DNA of 64,000 bases from Yuukianura sp. NJ FZ-2021 (Eukaryota). Shown in pieces: positions 8,103 to 19,861 of the stretch (position 1 is the stretch's first letter; each line of letters begins with the position of its first letter). The position numbers were made by a program, and so were the translations under genes. The DNA is taken from positions 1,798,001 through 1,862,000 of the forward strand of contig CM102286.1 in the NCBI GenBank assembly GCA_046563655.1, given 5' to 3'. The notes beneath the pieces were generated by a model. That model searched no databases. It was not told where the DNA came from and saw only the letters and a program-made list of their open reading frames with translations.

Positions 8103-10078
8103 ATGATTACTGAAATCACTTTTCGTGCATTTTGTGCTACTGTTCAATGTGGTAATACCTATGGCGTTAGCTGCTTCAAGTGGAACCCAGAAAATCAGCT
8201 TTTTCAACTGGCTCTACGCACGTTCGACTTCAAATTTTTCAAAATTAAAATGTTTAGGGTCGTTTTGGTATGCCTGATTGCGGCGCAGTTTTCACTGGTG
8301 TCGTGGTTTGTTGTACATGTCATTCTGTTCGGAGGTCAAGCGACGGAAGTACTCTGTGTGATCTTCCTCTTTTCAATGTGCGCGATGATCAACAGTATCC
8401 AGGTACTTCTGTTGTTCAAAAATCAGCAAGTTGTGGAGCACTGCAACGGTCTCTTCCTATTCAACAGGAGACTCGGTAAGCAAAGCTCGGCAAATTTTCG
8501 TAAAAGCCACTTAAGTGCCGAAAGTCACTTTAAGCGTTTACGTTGTCTGTCTGTCTGCCTGTCAGTTGTGGCGTTTGCGGGCCGTCCCAATTCCCAATCC
8601 AACATCCAACTCGCCACAAGATGAGGAATGAGGATTGCATGGAAGAGATGAAACCAGTGGGGGTTAACCTGGGGTTAACTCGCCTTCCAATTGCTCTATC
8701 CTTATTCGAGAGCTTGTAGTATGGGGCCTGACCGTTCAATGGTTAGAGTGCTTCCTGGATTGAAGAGATGAGGGTTCTAGTCCCACTCGGTTCCTTATTT
8801 TTTTCTCTACACTTTGAGTCTTTATCTCTCTTCTCAAGCTATGAGCTCTGAATCTCACACAGTCTGTTCGTACAACGTTGATATAAATCATGTGTGACCG
8901 AGTAAAAGCTCGGGTCAAAGGCTCAAAGGCCAGTGTATCTTTCGCTACTTGTGGATTTTTTGGTTTTGCTTTAGTTTTCATTATTCGGTCGAAGTAAACC
9001 TGGGTTCCGCTCCTGTCCCCACACGTTCAAATTTTCGCGCTGCATCCATTGTCCCCACCGGATGGATACATTTGTCCCCACCACAACCAAAAACAGTAGA
9101 CAGGCGCGGAACCTAAGTTTACTTCAAACCATTATTCATTTGTTAAATTTAAAATAAGGAAATTTAGTACTAAAAAAGCTTTTAGTAGTTTTCATTTTTT
9201 TCTCTTATAGAAATGAAGTTTTTCAAACTTGGACCAAAACGAGACGGCCTGGAATGGTTGCTAATCGGATTGTTGACGATGATGGGACTGACGACAGTTC
9301 TACTAGGTCCAGCAGCCTATGTCCTTCTGCATCAAAACTTTGGATTTACTCAGACTTTCCGCATGCTGTTAGAGCGGATACCATCAGGCAAAACTATCTT
9401 TGTGCTGGTGTTAGTATTCGGATCACTTCCGGATTGGGTCCACATCGACACATTCGTCCTCATTATCATCCTACACTGTCACATCATCTCCCACTGGCTC
9501 CATTTTCAAAATCACTGGTGAGGAATATGTTAAAGTTAGGAAAAATAGTAAACTTAAAGTTACTTCAACAGCATAGTGTTTACCTTAACATGGATTCCAG
9601 GTTGGACGAACGTGGGAGTTCCGTTGGGCTGGAGAGCAGGCGACTCTTGCGCATTGCGTACAAAGCCAACCAAATCCTGCATGCTACTACTGGAGTCCTG
9701 GTGTTCCACTTGTTGCCGATCATTTTGTGCGGCGCATGTGTCGTCGTGATCAGCTCTACTTTTTGCTGCTTTCGGTTCAGAACGTCCGAAGCTAACCCAG
9801 TCATGATCCTAATCATTGCAGTCATAGGTGCTTTTTGCTTCGTTCTGCTCCATGTACTGCTTCACCAGGCAGCCAACATCACGAAGTACTCCCAGCAGTT
9901 CAAAGTGGCATTTGCCAAACACGCAATCGTGGGCAAAGGAGACTTTCGCTTCCTCAGAGCCAGTCCACCACTGTACTGGAACATTGGAAATATCTACACT
10001 TTGAAACAGAGGACATTTCCAGTCATCGTCAACAATATCATCGTCTGCTCACTCGTTAACCTTCTCATTTGCTTCTAA
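8103..10078 (+). CDS. Arthropod 7TM chemoreceptor-like protein, copy B, 3 exons, ~385 aa
   Basis: Exons 8103-8475, 9211-9517 and 9601-10078. Intron phases are identical to copy A and sequence similarity is high. Confidence 0.7.
8723..8794 (+). other. Degenerate tRNA-like sequence (pseudo-tRNA or SINE head) in intron 1 of chemoreceptor B
   Basis: A-box-like GTTCAATGGTTAGAG and B-box-like GGGTTCTAGTCCC at tRNA spacing, followed by a T run. Acceptor and anticodon stems are not convincingly paired. Confidence 0.5.
8987..9129. mobile_element. 143-bp MITE with ~31-bp TIRs and 8-bp TSD (hAT/P-type TSD length)
   Basis: Left GGTCGAAGTAAACCTGGGTTCCGCTCCTGTC matches the reverse complement of the right end, GTTTGAAGTAAACTTAGGTTCCGCGCCTGTC. 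CATTATTC occurs at 8979-8986 and 9130-9137. The element is absent from the paralogous intron of copy A. Confidence 0.85.
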
Positions 10079-10086
10079 ATTAACCG

Positions 10087-10184
10087 TGGCAGCGCGAGTT
10101 CAGCGCAAGGTGGCAACAGTGGAACTGAATTCAACAAGTTGGCAACATCGAACTTCAGCGAGTTGGCAACAGTGGAACTGAATC
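10087..10184. repeat. Short tandem TGGCAACAGTGGAACTGAAT-type repeats
   Basis: TGGCAACAGTGGAACTGAAT appears twice with TTGGCAACA/TTCAGCG subunits, directly after the end of the duplicated unit. Confidence 0.6.
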
Positions 10185-10344
10185 TTATTGGGGTGTGGGT
10201 TACGCTTTTTAGCAGGGTAAACTACTACCAAAAATTTCAAAGAGGTCATTTAGCTACTAGTAATGTGAGTGGAAGTAAAAGTTTAAGTAATAAAAGTCAC
10301 AGTATGTGTATGCGTTTGAATTATTTCCACACTTCACTTGCTGT

Positions 10345-12928
10345 TTATTGGTTTCTTGGCGGGAGTGTCGTGTCATTTCCGACATCTCGAAACACAACTC
10401 CCGCCAAATGGTCGATAATGTTTTTCTGCAACTTCAGTTTCCAGACGAGGAGAAACAGCAGAACAAGCAACGAAAAACAAACGGCAGTAGCTGCAAAGAT
10501 GACGATTCCAGCGGAAGTTGTAGTGGGCTGTTGGAGCACAAAAACTTGAACAAACTTTTGGTCTTCCCCGGCAAAGTTGATTCCAGTACAAAGGTATTCC
10601 CCTTGAGTGTCATGTGATACGCGGGAAATATTCAAAATGGAAGTTCCATTGTCGTAGTTTTCCAGTAGTTCCAAGTTGTTTCCAGGCAGAATGGTCTGGA
10701 AAAATCATTCATTTGTTAGATGCTGGTTATTCAAAATTGTTAAAGTTAATTAAGTTAATTACTTGGTTGTCTTTTCTCCAGTGGATGAGCGGAATAGGGT
10801 CGCCAGTGGCTCTGCATGTCAGTGTCTTCCCTGTTTCGTTGAGGTGCCAGTGAATCACTTGCTCTTCTTCCAGCACAACTAAAGGCACAGTTGACTCTAC
10901 GCATTCCAAAAAAGAGTTAAGGTCAACGTTAAGTACAAAAAACTCCAAATTGAAGTCAGTTTCAAAGTTGACCTTTGACCGTGAGCGGGAGAGATTTCTT
11001 GACCCAGTCAGTGGAATTCCAAACAGGAGCATAGCAGATGATAGCAGCCATGTCCAGTTCAGCCGTTACGACGACTGTGTTGAAATCAGCCCCTCTGGTA
11101 AACATATTTCTGTCTTCAGCATAAGGGTTGGCGGATTCTGCAAATCAAATGAAATGCTGCTTTGAAAAAAAAAGTTGATTAAGAAAAAAACATTAGAATC
11201 GTGTTGTACAGAACCGTGGATGAATTGGAGTGAATTGTTTTTCCATTTGATTGCCCATTGAATCCCTTTGCTAAAATAGAACTCCGATGCATCACAGAAA
11301 GTAGAGAAATTCTGTTGGTTGTAAAGTGACGAAAAGAGTTCCAAGGGAATGACTGTGACCAATTCCTCCTCCGGTACTCCATTCACGCTGTAATCTACAG
11401 AAGAGTACTGTTCAAGCACATTGCCCCAATATTGCCCAGCATCAGTTTCTAAACTGTGTAGGTACATACATATGTTGATGGTGTCATTCTCTGTGAATGG
11501 ATTGGACATGGCTGAGTAGTACGTTTTGAAAACGTCGATGTCGTCTCCACGGCATCTCAGAATCCCCGAATTCTTTCGGAAGACGTCGTAAGTTGAACAA
11601 CTTCCGTTGGAACTCCACCGTGGATGTCCACTGCTGATCTGTTTTTTTCAAAAACCAAAAACAGATTAGAAATTACTTATATTTTGAAGGATTTTTTTTT
11701 GATTTAGAAGGTTGAATGTGCTCGTGCCTTGGATAAAAATTCTTCCTTTTGCTTGCAACTGATTCTGTCTTCGCAGTAGATGACCTTGAGGTTTGGTGGT
11801 TTCCAGCTGCTGGAGCAACAAACGAACTTCTCTGAGGCACGGTCGTAGACGAACGAAGCGTTGGAGGTGATGGTATTGTTGAAGACGACGTTCTTCGGAT
11901 GGTAGTCGTGATGAAATCCTGCAAAAATCGTAGGTATAGTTTTGATTCACTTTAGAATTGGAATTTAGAAGATTGTTACCGTGTAGAACGTTGAGCCTAA
12001 CTGATCTTTCGTCGTTTTCTGGAGCTTCCTCTTCGTCATCTGAGATACATCTGTACCGACCATACGGATCTTCCAGCTTATTTAGTAACAGAGTAAATCC
12101 AACGTCAGGCGAGAAACGAATCGATCCGTTCCTCGGGAACTCTTTCTCACCCTGCATATGTTCACCATTTCCAAGTAAAATATATGGTACATACAAATTA
12201 AAGCAAAGTAATTAAAATAAACCAAGTTTATTAAAAGTAATTTCACCTCGTGTGAGTCTTTGAGCAAGTAGATGTAAGCGTCAGGACGAGTGACTGTGCA
12301 CGGGAGAATGATCGTTTCGTTGTCCATGGTTCTGACGTCAATCACTTCTCCCGCATAGGCCAACAGAGCTCTTCCTACAACACAATTCAGCATTTTAGAA
12401 AGAAAAGTTACTTGGTTTAAAAAAAAACTACGTCTTTGTAGGTTTACCTTCCCAGAAAATGTAGAGGTTTCTGAGTAGTTTGGGATTGGAGAGACTTTGG
12501 CAGTAGAAGTTCCTGGAGAACCCGTCACTGCTGTCCTCTATCTCCAGTGTTGATTGGTACATGAAGGTTGACGTATCTCTGACGTTCTTGACGTATCTCG
12601 TTTCGTAAATGTAAAAAACAGAGTTGTGAATGTCGTCAGGTCTGTAGTCTGATGGTGGCGAGAACCAGCGAACAGGGTAGCTAGCATTGCAGACGATCCG
12701 TACTTTGTTGAGATGCGGTGAAATTGTGATAGTAGTTCCGTTTGCATTTCGTTCTACATTGATGACCCCTCCAACCAAGAGTTTAGATAAACCGCCGTGT
12801 TCCCACTCGTTGTCACTACGAGCGTTTTCAGTTGTCATCCAACTGGAAATTCCGATTCGGGGTGGAGTAGTTGAACTCTGGAAATTGAAACCAAAAGTAC
12901 AGGGAATTAGAAGAAAAATTATCAACAT
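10345..12928 (-). CDS. PVR/VEGFR-like immunoglobulin-domain type I membrane protein lacking a kinase domain, 8 exons
   Basis: Signal peptide MLIIFLLIPCTFG. Ig motifs IVCNASYPVRW, LPCTVTRPDAYIYL, FSPDVGF...GRYRC, LTCRATGDPIPLIHW and DTQGEYLC. TM GIVIFAATAVCFSLLVLLFLLVW, then a stop about 31 aa later. The exons join in frame. Confidence 0.75.
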
Positions 12929-14526
12929 TTCTTGGCTAAATTATGCCAAAATAATCCACAGCACAAATATGTTAAATTGGTGTAGTTTAGGAGTTGGAAT
13001 GGAAAGAGAGATCAACTCTTGTGATGTTACCCGTGGCTCATCTATTCAGGAAAACCGGAAGTTGGAATTGTTTAATTGAGATTGGACCTGGGAAGTGACG
13101 ACAGGAAATATGTTAGCACCATTCTATTCAACCTATTCAAAACCCAATCAACTTCCGGTTCTAAACTCTACTCGTTTTTGCATGGAATAGTTTCCATTTT
13201 CAGCGGAAATCATTCCGTCTCATAACGGCTCATTTTAGAACACAAAAACTATAAACTTTCAACTTTGATGAAACAGGGTCACGAGACGAGGTTCCTATTG
13301 AATTCCTCCATTTAAAACAAAGCAATGAATAAGAATTATTGCAAGTGCGATAAATGAAGTGTAGTTGCCTTGTCTTACTTATCGTACCAATGGCCTACCA
13401 CCATTGTTCCGGACTGCAGACACCGACTCAGCGTCAGCACAAGCAGTTCATTCTTCATTTGCTTAGCGGGGTCATGAGGTCACGATTCTCTTCTGCTTCT
13501 TGTCCTCCGACTCCCTGTAAAGGTCATCAATCAATTCAATTCATAACAATTTCATTCTCAATAATCTAAGTGTATAAAGGGAGAAAAGTCAGAAGTCAAA
13601 AGTCATGTCTTACGCCATTCGATCAGATCAACCGTCTTACCTCTTATGCATATCGGGAAGTCGAGTAAGGATTACTTCGAAATGCTCCAAACTCCGCGTC
13701 TTCCATAGTTCAAATTTCGATTAATCTAGTTCAAAATAATCTAAACGATCGATTACTAAAAACATGGAACGGAGTCAGATTGAGATTTTTTGTTTGTTTT
13801 TCCAAAGAAATGAGAACAACTTTCTCACATGTTTATGAATTTCGCGCCATAATGAAAACTACGATGTAAACACGACGGTAGATAGCAGTAAAAGGAAGCG
13901 TCCTTTTTCTACGACCTTGACCTTGGTTGACCTTTGACGTTTGACATCTCGGTTAAGTTTCCAACCTGGTTTGCATTTTACGTTTTTGGCAATTCAATTT
14001 GAGTAATTTGAATTTGGTATTGTTTGCGCTCGATCGTTGGACTTCAAAAACTCAAAATCGAAATTTCTTAAAATAGAATATCTTTTCCTTAGAAGTAAAT
14101 CAACCCCGCGGTTAACTTTTTTTTCTTGTTTCCTTTCTGTGACCCCAAGGTCAAATATATTCAAAAATAAAAAGGAAGTCATTATGCTCTTGTAAGTAGA
14201 TCGTCAAAAGTAACCTCCAAATTTTCATTTTGAAGTAGTCTCATGTTTGTCCCATAAACTTCAATATATTCAAAATGACTCCTAAAATTTCAAGTTGAAA
14301 TGTTCATCCTACCATCACTAAACTTACAAAACAATTCATAATCTTATCATCACACTCACACACCAGTTTATATTTTAACTTCACAAACCGCGTGACATTT
14401 GCTTTCAAATTTCTGTAGTTTACACTCCAAAACTTTTCTTTTCAATTTCCAGTACTTTTGTACTGTACAAAAGTACTCTTGTACACTTTTTGTTGAAGTT
14501 TGTCAACTTTTCAGTTTCACTCTGAA

Positions 14527-17103
14527 ATGAATCCAAGTCAAAACGTTGTTAAGAACCCGGGGAATTCAAATTTCAAAAGATTCAGCGGGGCGCCACAAAA
14601 TTCGTTCCATGGAGGCCATCATACCGCCACCAAAGTTTTAAAACATAATCCTTCAAGTCCAATTTGTTTGAACAAAAGACTCAAAATTTTGTACTCTTCC
14701 CTGTTCCATTCAAAATTTAGAACAACTACTAGTGTAGGAAGTTCTACTGTCAAGTGGGAATTATTAACCGAAAGTGATTACAGTTCTGGAGATGATAGAG
14801 AATACAACGAAAATGAAAATGAACCACCACGGTTCAAATCTAAACAACGAAAATTCAACTCCAAATGGAATCCAGCCCCGCCAAAGTTCAAAATAGAGCA
14901 TGAAGTGCCGCCAAAGTTCAAACAAGAACATGACCCACCGCTGAGGTCCAATAAAATCCAAAGTTTAACGACTCCCGTGCCTCTTCCTGTTTTTGATCAT
15001 AAATCCACATCTTCACATAACCATTTCGGAAGTACAGATTCCTGGAAGAGGCTGGAAGTAATTTCAGATGACGCTGCTCCAGCGATTCCAGCGATTCTTG
15101 GAGCTACAGCCATTGACCCTAATGCCCCTGCAGGAGTGGTGAGAGGCAGTGGTGGAGCAAGTAGCAAATCGATTGGGAAAATTCCATTGGATGAAATATC
15201 TTCATCTGCCTCATCCCTTCCAGGAACAAAAGATGCTGGAGAAGCCAAGCCTAGGAAAGGAAGGAAACTTATTCCAAAGCCTTTGAAAGTAAGTCAGTAT
15301 TTCTGGAGAGCAGCGGCATTGTTTGAAAAGATTTTCTTAGAAAAGAGATTTTTAGAAAAAGCAAAGGGGTTTTCCTGTCTAATAAATTGAAAGTGTCAAA
15401 AATGGATTGGATTTTTAAAATATATCTGAAAAGAAAAGCAGAGCCTAACTCAACGAATTTTCAACACTCATCTTCCCCTTTCCAGCATTTTCTTTGGATC
15501 ATTTATCCTACTTACGCTCCGGTTTAAAAAGAGTAAAAAAAAGGAAGTTTTTATGAAGAATGAAGAAATACCAGTTGGGTTCTGAATTAGCTTCTTTCCT
15601 TCAGAATTTGAGAAACTAAACGTAGTTAGTTTTTCATTTTAGATATTTTTTTTCCTATTCTGAAAAATTTTAAACTCGAATTCTTGAAAATCTTTTGTTA
15701 GTATTATTGTTTTATCGCTTTTGAATTTTTTTTGTGTTGGCTTTGGATTCAATTCAGAAATCAAATTCAGACGCTAGCTGTCAGCGGCAGCCTGTTTCTG
15801 TCATTCGGCTTTTTTTGCTTTTCTTGGTAGACGTCTGTTGGTTTTGTTCTTTTATTTTCATGTCACAACCATAAGGGGGGAGGAATTCGAGTGAAATGGA
15901 TACGAAAATTTCTGAAAGAGAAAGAAAAAGAAAAAGAGAAAACACAAAAATGTCAAAGACTTTCTTTCAGGTGAAAGAAAAACTCAAAGGACAGAGAAAA
16001 GTTTAGTTTCAGTTCAGAAGACGCAGCAAATGAAAACACAATTGAAAAAACACTTTTTCCATTTTTCAAAAACTTTTTTCTTCTTTTCAAATTTTGAAAT
16101 TGATCCACAATTTCCTGTCACACATTTTTCGGTGCAAGCGTAGGAGAAATTCGGCAAAATTTGATAACATAAAAGTTATTTATTGGAATTTTCCTTCCTA
16201 CGAAATTCAAATTCCTTTCTAAACTTGCTATTTTGTTGTCATTTTTTGCTGCGTTTTTGAAAGAATGAAATTAGAGATTCCTGAATGAAAGTGAAAACAA
16301 AGCTTGTGCTTTGCTTTCACCGTCTGTTACGCATAAAACTTTTAGTAGTGAAATATAAATTCTTCAAAGTGTCACACACTCTTTGTGTTTTTAGGATGCG
16401 GAAGGAAAGTTAGCTGTAGAGATGCATACTGATCAGCTTTTTCAAAAAACCGCAACTTCTGTTCTATAATGCAAAACGGAATCTTGGCTGAAAGTTAGGA
16501 TTGAACAAAACGAGGAAGCGGAAGCAGGGGGAAAATCATTTTTCAAAACAAGATTTATGTGATTCGAACAAGAACAGAAATCATTTGGTTTCTGTGTTTG
16601 AATTTTCAAATGGAATTTATTTCTTTTTCTGTTTTAGACTTACAAGAAGCTTTTTTTTAGCTGTTTTTCAAATACTTTCTTTTGGAATTTGTTTTAGTAT
16701 TCTTCAGAGAACGATAGCGGCTTAAGTCTATTTTTTGAAGAAAGCTACTTTTTTGAAATAGGAATCATGTATTTTTGAGTTAAAAATGGCTGCGAGACGG
16801 ATGTGGGGTGAAGTCGTGCCTACTTTATGTTTTCTTAAGTTAGGGTTTTCTGTGTGTACTCTATTTTTTGAAGTTAGTTTTTGTGTGCGTATTTTATGTT
16901 TTTCTGTTTGATATTTGTAGGGTCTGAGGAAATCGGGGAAAGCAGTGAAAGCATTTGGAAAGACTTTGAAGACAGGCTTTCTTGCGATGGGAAAAAATAC
17001 GAACATTGCACTCTCCATATCACCGCAACTTTATGACTACAAGGCTACTACCACTGACTACTCCCAGGAAACACAATATTATCATACCAAAAGTCGCCAC
17101 TAA
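14527..17103 (+). CDS. Uncharacterised low-complexity protein, 2 exons (14527-15288, 16921-17103), ~314 aa
   Basis: A long open exon ends at a strong donor AAA|GTAAGT. A polypyrimidine TTTGTAG acceptor at 16920 gives an in-frame 60-aa exon GLRKSGKAVKAFGKTLKTGFLAMG...SRH*. Other exons cannot be excluded. Confidence 0.55.
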
Positions 17104-18298
17104 CAAAACCAGCAACAACAAAACGACCAACACAAACTGAAAAGCACAATTTATAACTTTTTAGATGAAAAGAGTTTCTTATTTTACAAAAATGATGGCA
17201 TTTTATAATAACAAATTTTGACTGCCAGACAAATCTTGAGACTGTAAACTAAAAATTGTGAAATTTTAGATTTTTAAATTTTAGAAGAAATTTTAGTCCG
17301 AGAATTGAAATTTCAATATAAACAAGTAACATCGAAAATTTGTTTAGAATGCAGGTTGGAATTTTAAAGTTTAGTTCAGCGGGTTTTGTCTTTCACTTTT
17401 TTTTTGCTTTTTGCATGTTTTTGCTCTTTTTTTAATTTCCGTGTTTGAAATTTTGTTAAAACTTTGTCCAAATTTTTGGTTGACACCCTCCATGTGTTAA
17501 TGAGGCTCAACTGGAGATTACTCGAGTAACTCGGGAATTGTTCTGGGAAGTGAGAAAATAACATTTGAAACTAAAACTTTACTTTCACCTTCTGTGCCTC
17601 TCCTTCCACTTTGTTGTCAAAGTGAAAGTGAAACTTTCCCAGAAGAACGGAGAGCTTAGTAGTAGACTTTGCATAAATTTTTAGTCCTTTCCATTTTCTT
17701 CTATTGCTCATAGGCTAGAACAAAGTCTAAAGCGTAAATAGTCTATAGACTCATAGTCCATAACTGGAAGAAAGCATTAGAAAAGTAATAGTACTAAAGA
17801 GAGAAGGGGAGCGCAGATGGAGAAAGTCTAATTACACCAAGCCAACTCCATTCTCACCACAAATTCTTACGTTTCAATTAATAACCAACAAATGGATTTA
17901 GTTCTTGTCATTTCAAACACGCAAACTTTTAAGCTTCTTGTAACTTATTAGTAAGAAAGTCTCACATTTCGGAAACGGAAGACCATTTTTGAAAAAGTTA
18001 TGGTCGGGGGACAAACTTTTTTGAACTCTAACACAAACTATTTTCAAAGTCTTTTATGACATTGAACAGTTATTGGCAAAATTATGATCGTAATTTTGTG
18101 GTGCGACGAAAGAATCAAGAAGTTGTGAACAAAAATTTCCAAAATTTTCCAAAACATTTTGACCTCGAATTCTGTTTTTTTTCTTCTCCTGTTTTATTTA
18201 ACTCAACCAAAAAATTTGAAATTTTTTAAGTCAAAAGAAAACTGGAAATTCGTAAAACTAAATTTCGGTTTTGGTTGTTGAAAAAAACAGAAGAAACC

Positions 18299-18585
18299 TT
18301 TTCAAAATTCTTGAACTTTTATTATCGATTCCTGAACTCGTAAAGTTATTTTTCTTTTTCTGAAGATTGAAATCTAACCTCATCACTCGACTTGATTAAA
18401 AAAAGCTAACGTGACAAAAGAATGGAAAGATTCTGAATTCCTAAAAATAAGTTTCGCCTTTTTTTTGAAGTTTTCAAAATTCTTGACTTTTATGACTGAT
18501 TCCTGAACTCGTAAAGTATTTTCTTTTTCTAAAGATTGAAATCTAACTCCATCACTCGATTTGATGAAGAAAAAAGCTGAAGCGA
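18299..18585. repeat. Degenerate direct repeat, two ~115-bp copies about 172 bp apart
   Basis: TTTTCAAAATTCTTGA...GATTCCTGAACTCGTAAAGT...AAGATTGAAATCTAAC...CATCACTCGA occurs at ~18299 and ~18471. Confidence 0.75.
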
Positions 18586-19861
18586 AAGCAGGAGAAGATT
18601 CTCAAAATGTAAAGATTAGCTCTTTTTTGAGAACTTCATTGTTCAAAAACCTAAAAAGTGCAAAAAATCCAAGCTTTGTGCTGAAAGCTATTGTCATTTT
18701 ATAGCCAAATCGTAAATGGACGGCTTTCGCTTCAGCTTGTGAGTAGCTAGCTGAACGTAGACGGTCGTAGAGCAGCTAGGTTCAGCTGGATCGCTGCAAG
18801 CTGCTCTTCATTGCCCTCTACTGAAGAAAGTAAAGCTCCGAATGACTTCATTTCCATTTGCCTCCAAGTCCATTTTTCATTTTCCCAGAAAATAACATAG
18901 AGTAAGCTCAATGTGGAAGTTAGGCTAAGGCTCCATCTGCTTCCAGAACCTGTTTCTGTTGTCTTCCGGCAGAGACGATGAAGAAAATTGAGAAATGAAT
19001 TACTACCACTCCCGCAGTTGGCTTTCTCTCCAGGTTTCGGATTTCGAGACTTCCGTTATGTCAAATCCAGACATTGGCTGAGCAAGACAAATGAACCAAC
19101 TCCCTCCTTATATACTTTAACTTTCATTATTATTTACCACATTTACACAAATTGATGTTATAACAAAAAGGGAGTCTTATTACATTAAGTTAAGGTGTGT
19201 ACACAAACCTTCACTTTCACTTTTCACAACCAATTTAAACCAAAGTGTAACAAATGGCTTTGGTCAACCTAACTGCAGCTTATAAGGGAGAAAAACTTAC
19301 AAAAAGTAAAGCAAAATCAAAATTGATGAAAGCACGCTCTGTGCTTTCTCCACTTACACTAAATTCGAAATTGGAAATTTTATACCACCAATTTTAAAAA
19401 GTATGCAAAAAATTGTGAAATGATTTGAAAATGCAGAGGGAAATAAAAAATTTTTCAATCTCTTTTTGTCGAACTTTTTCAGAATAAGTTACTCTAAAGA
19501 TTATAAAATTTTCAAAAGAGTCTGACGTTTTATTTTTACGTAATTTTACACTTTTAAGTTTCTTCTAAAGATGTTAAAGTTAATTTTTTTAACTTTACTT
19601 TACTTTTACAAAACCTTAGTACACTACATAATTTTTTATGCATATTGTTTTACACTAGGTCACATGATACTTACACCAGTGTGTTTTTTTTTCAAAATTC
19701 ACGTTATTTTTTGTGTTAAATTTTTTTCGTATAATCGATTACATACACTAGTGTTAACTATAATCTAGCAAACAATGTTTAAAAGAAAGTGTATATGAAA
19801 CAGGATAAGGTGTGAAATTTCAAAAAAGAGAAATGGCGGGAAATTTTTTTCCCAGGGTAAA

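Noticed and set aside
8723..8794. Functional tRNA gene
   Set aside because: The acceptor and anticodon stems do not pair convincingly and the B box is mutated. Kept only as tRNA-like.
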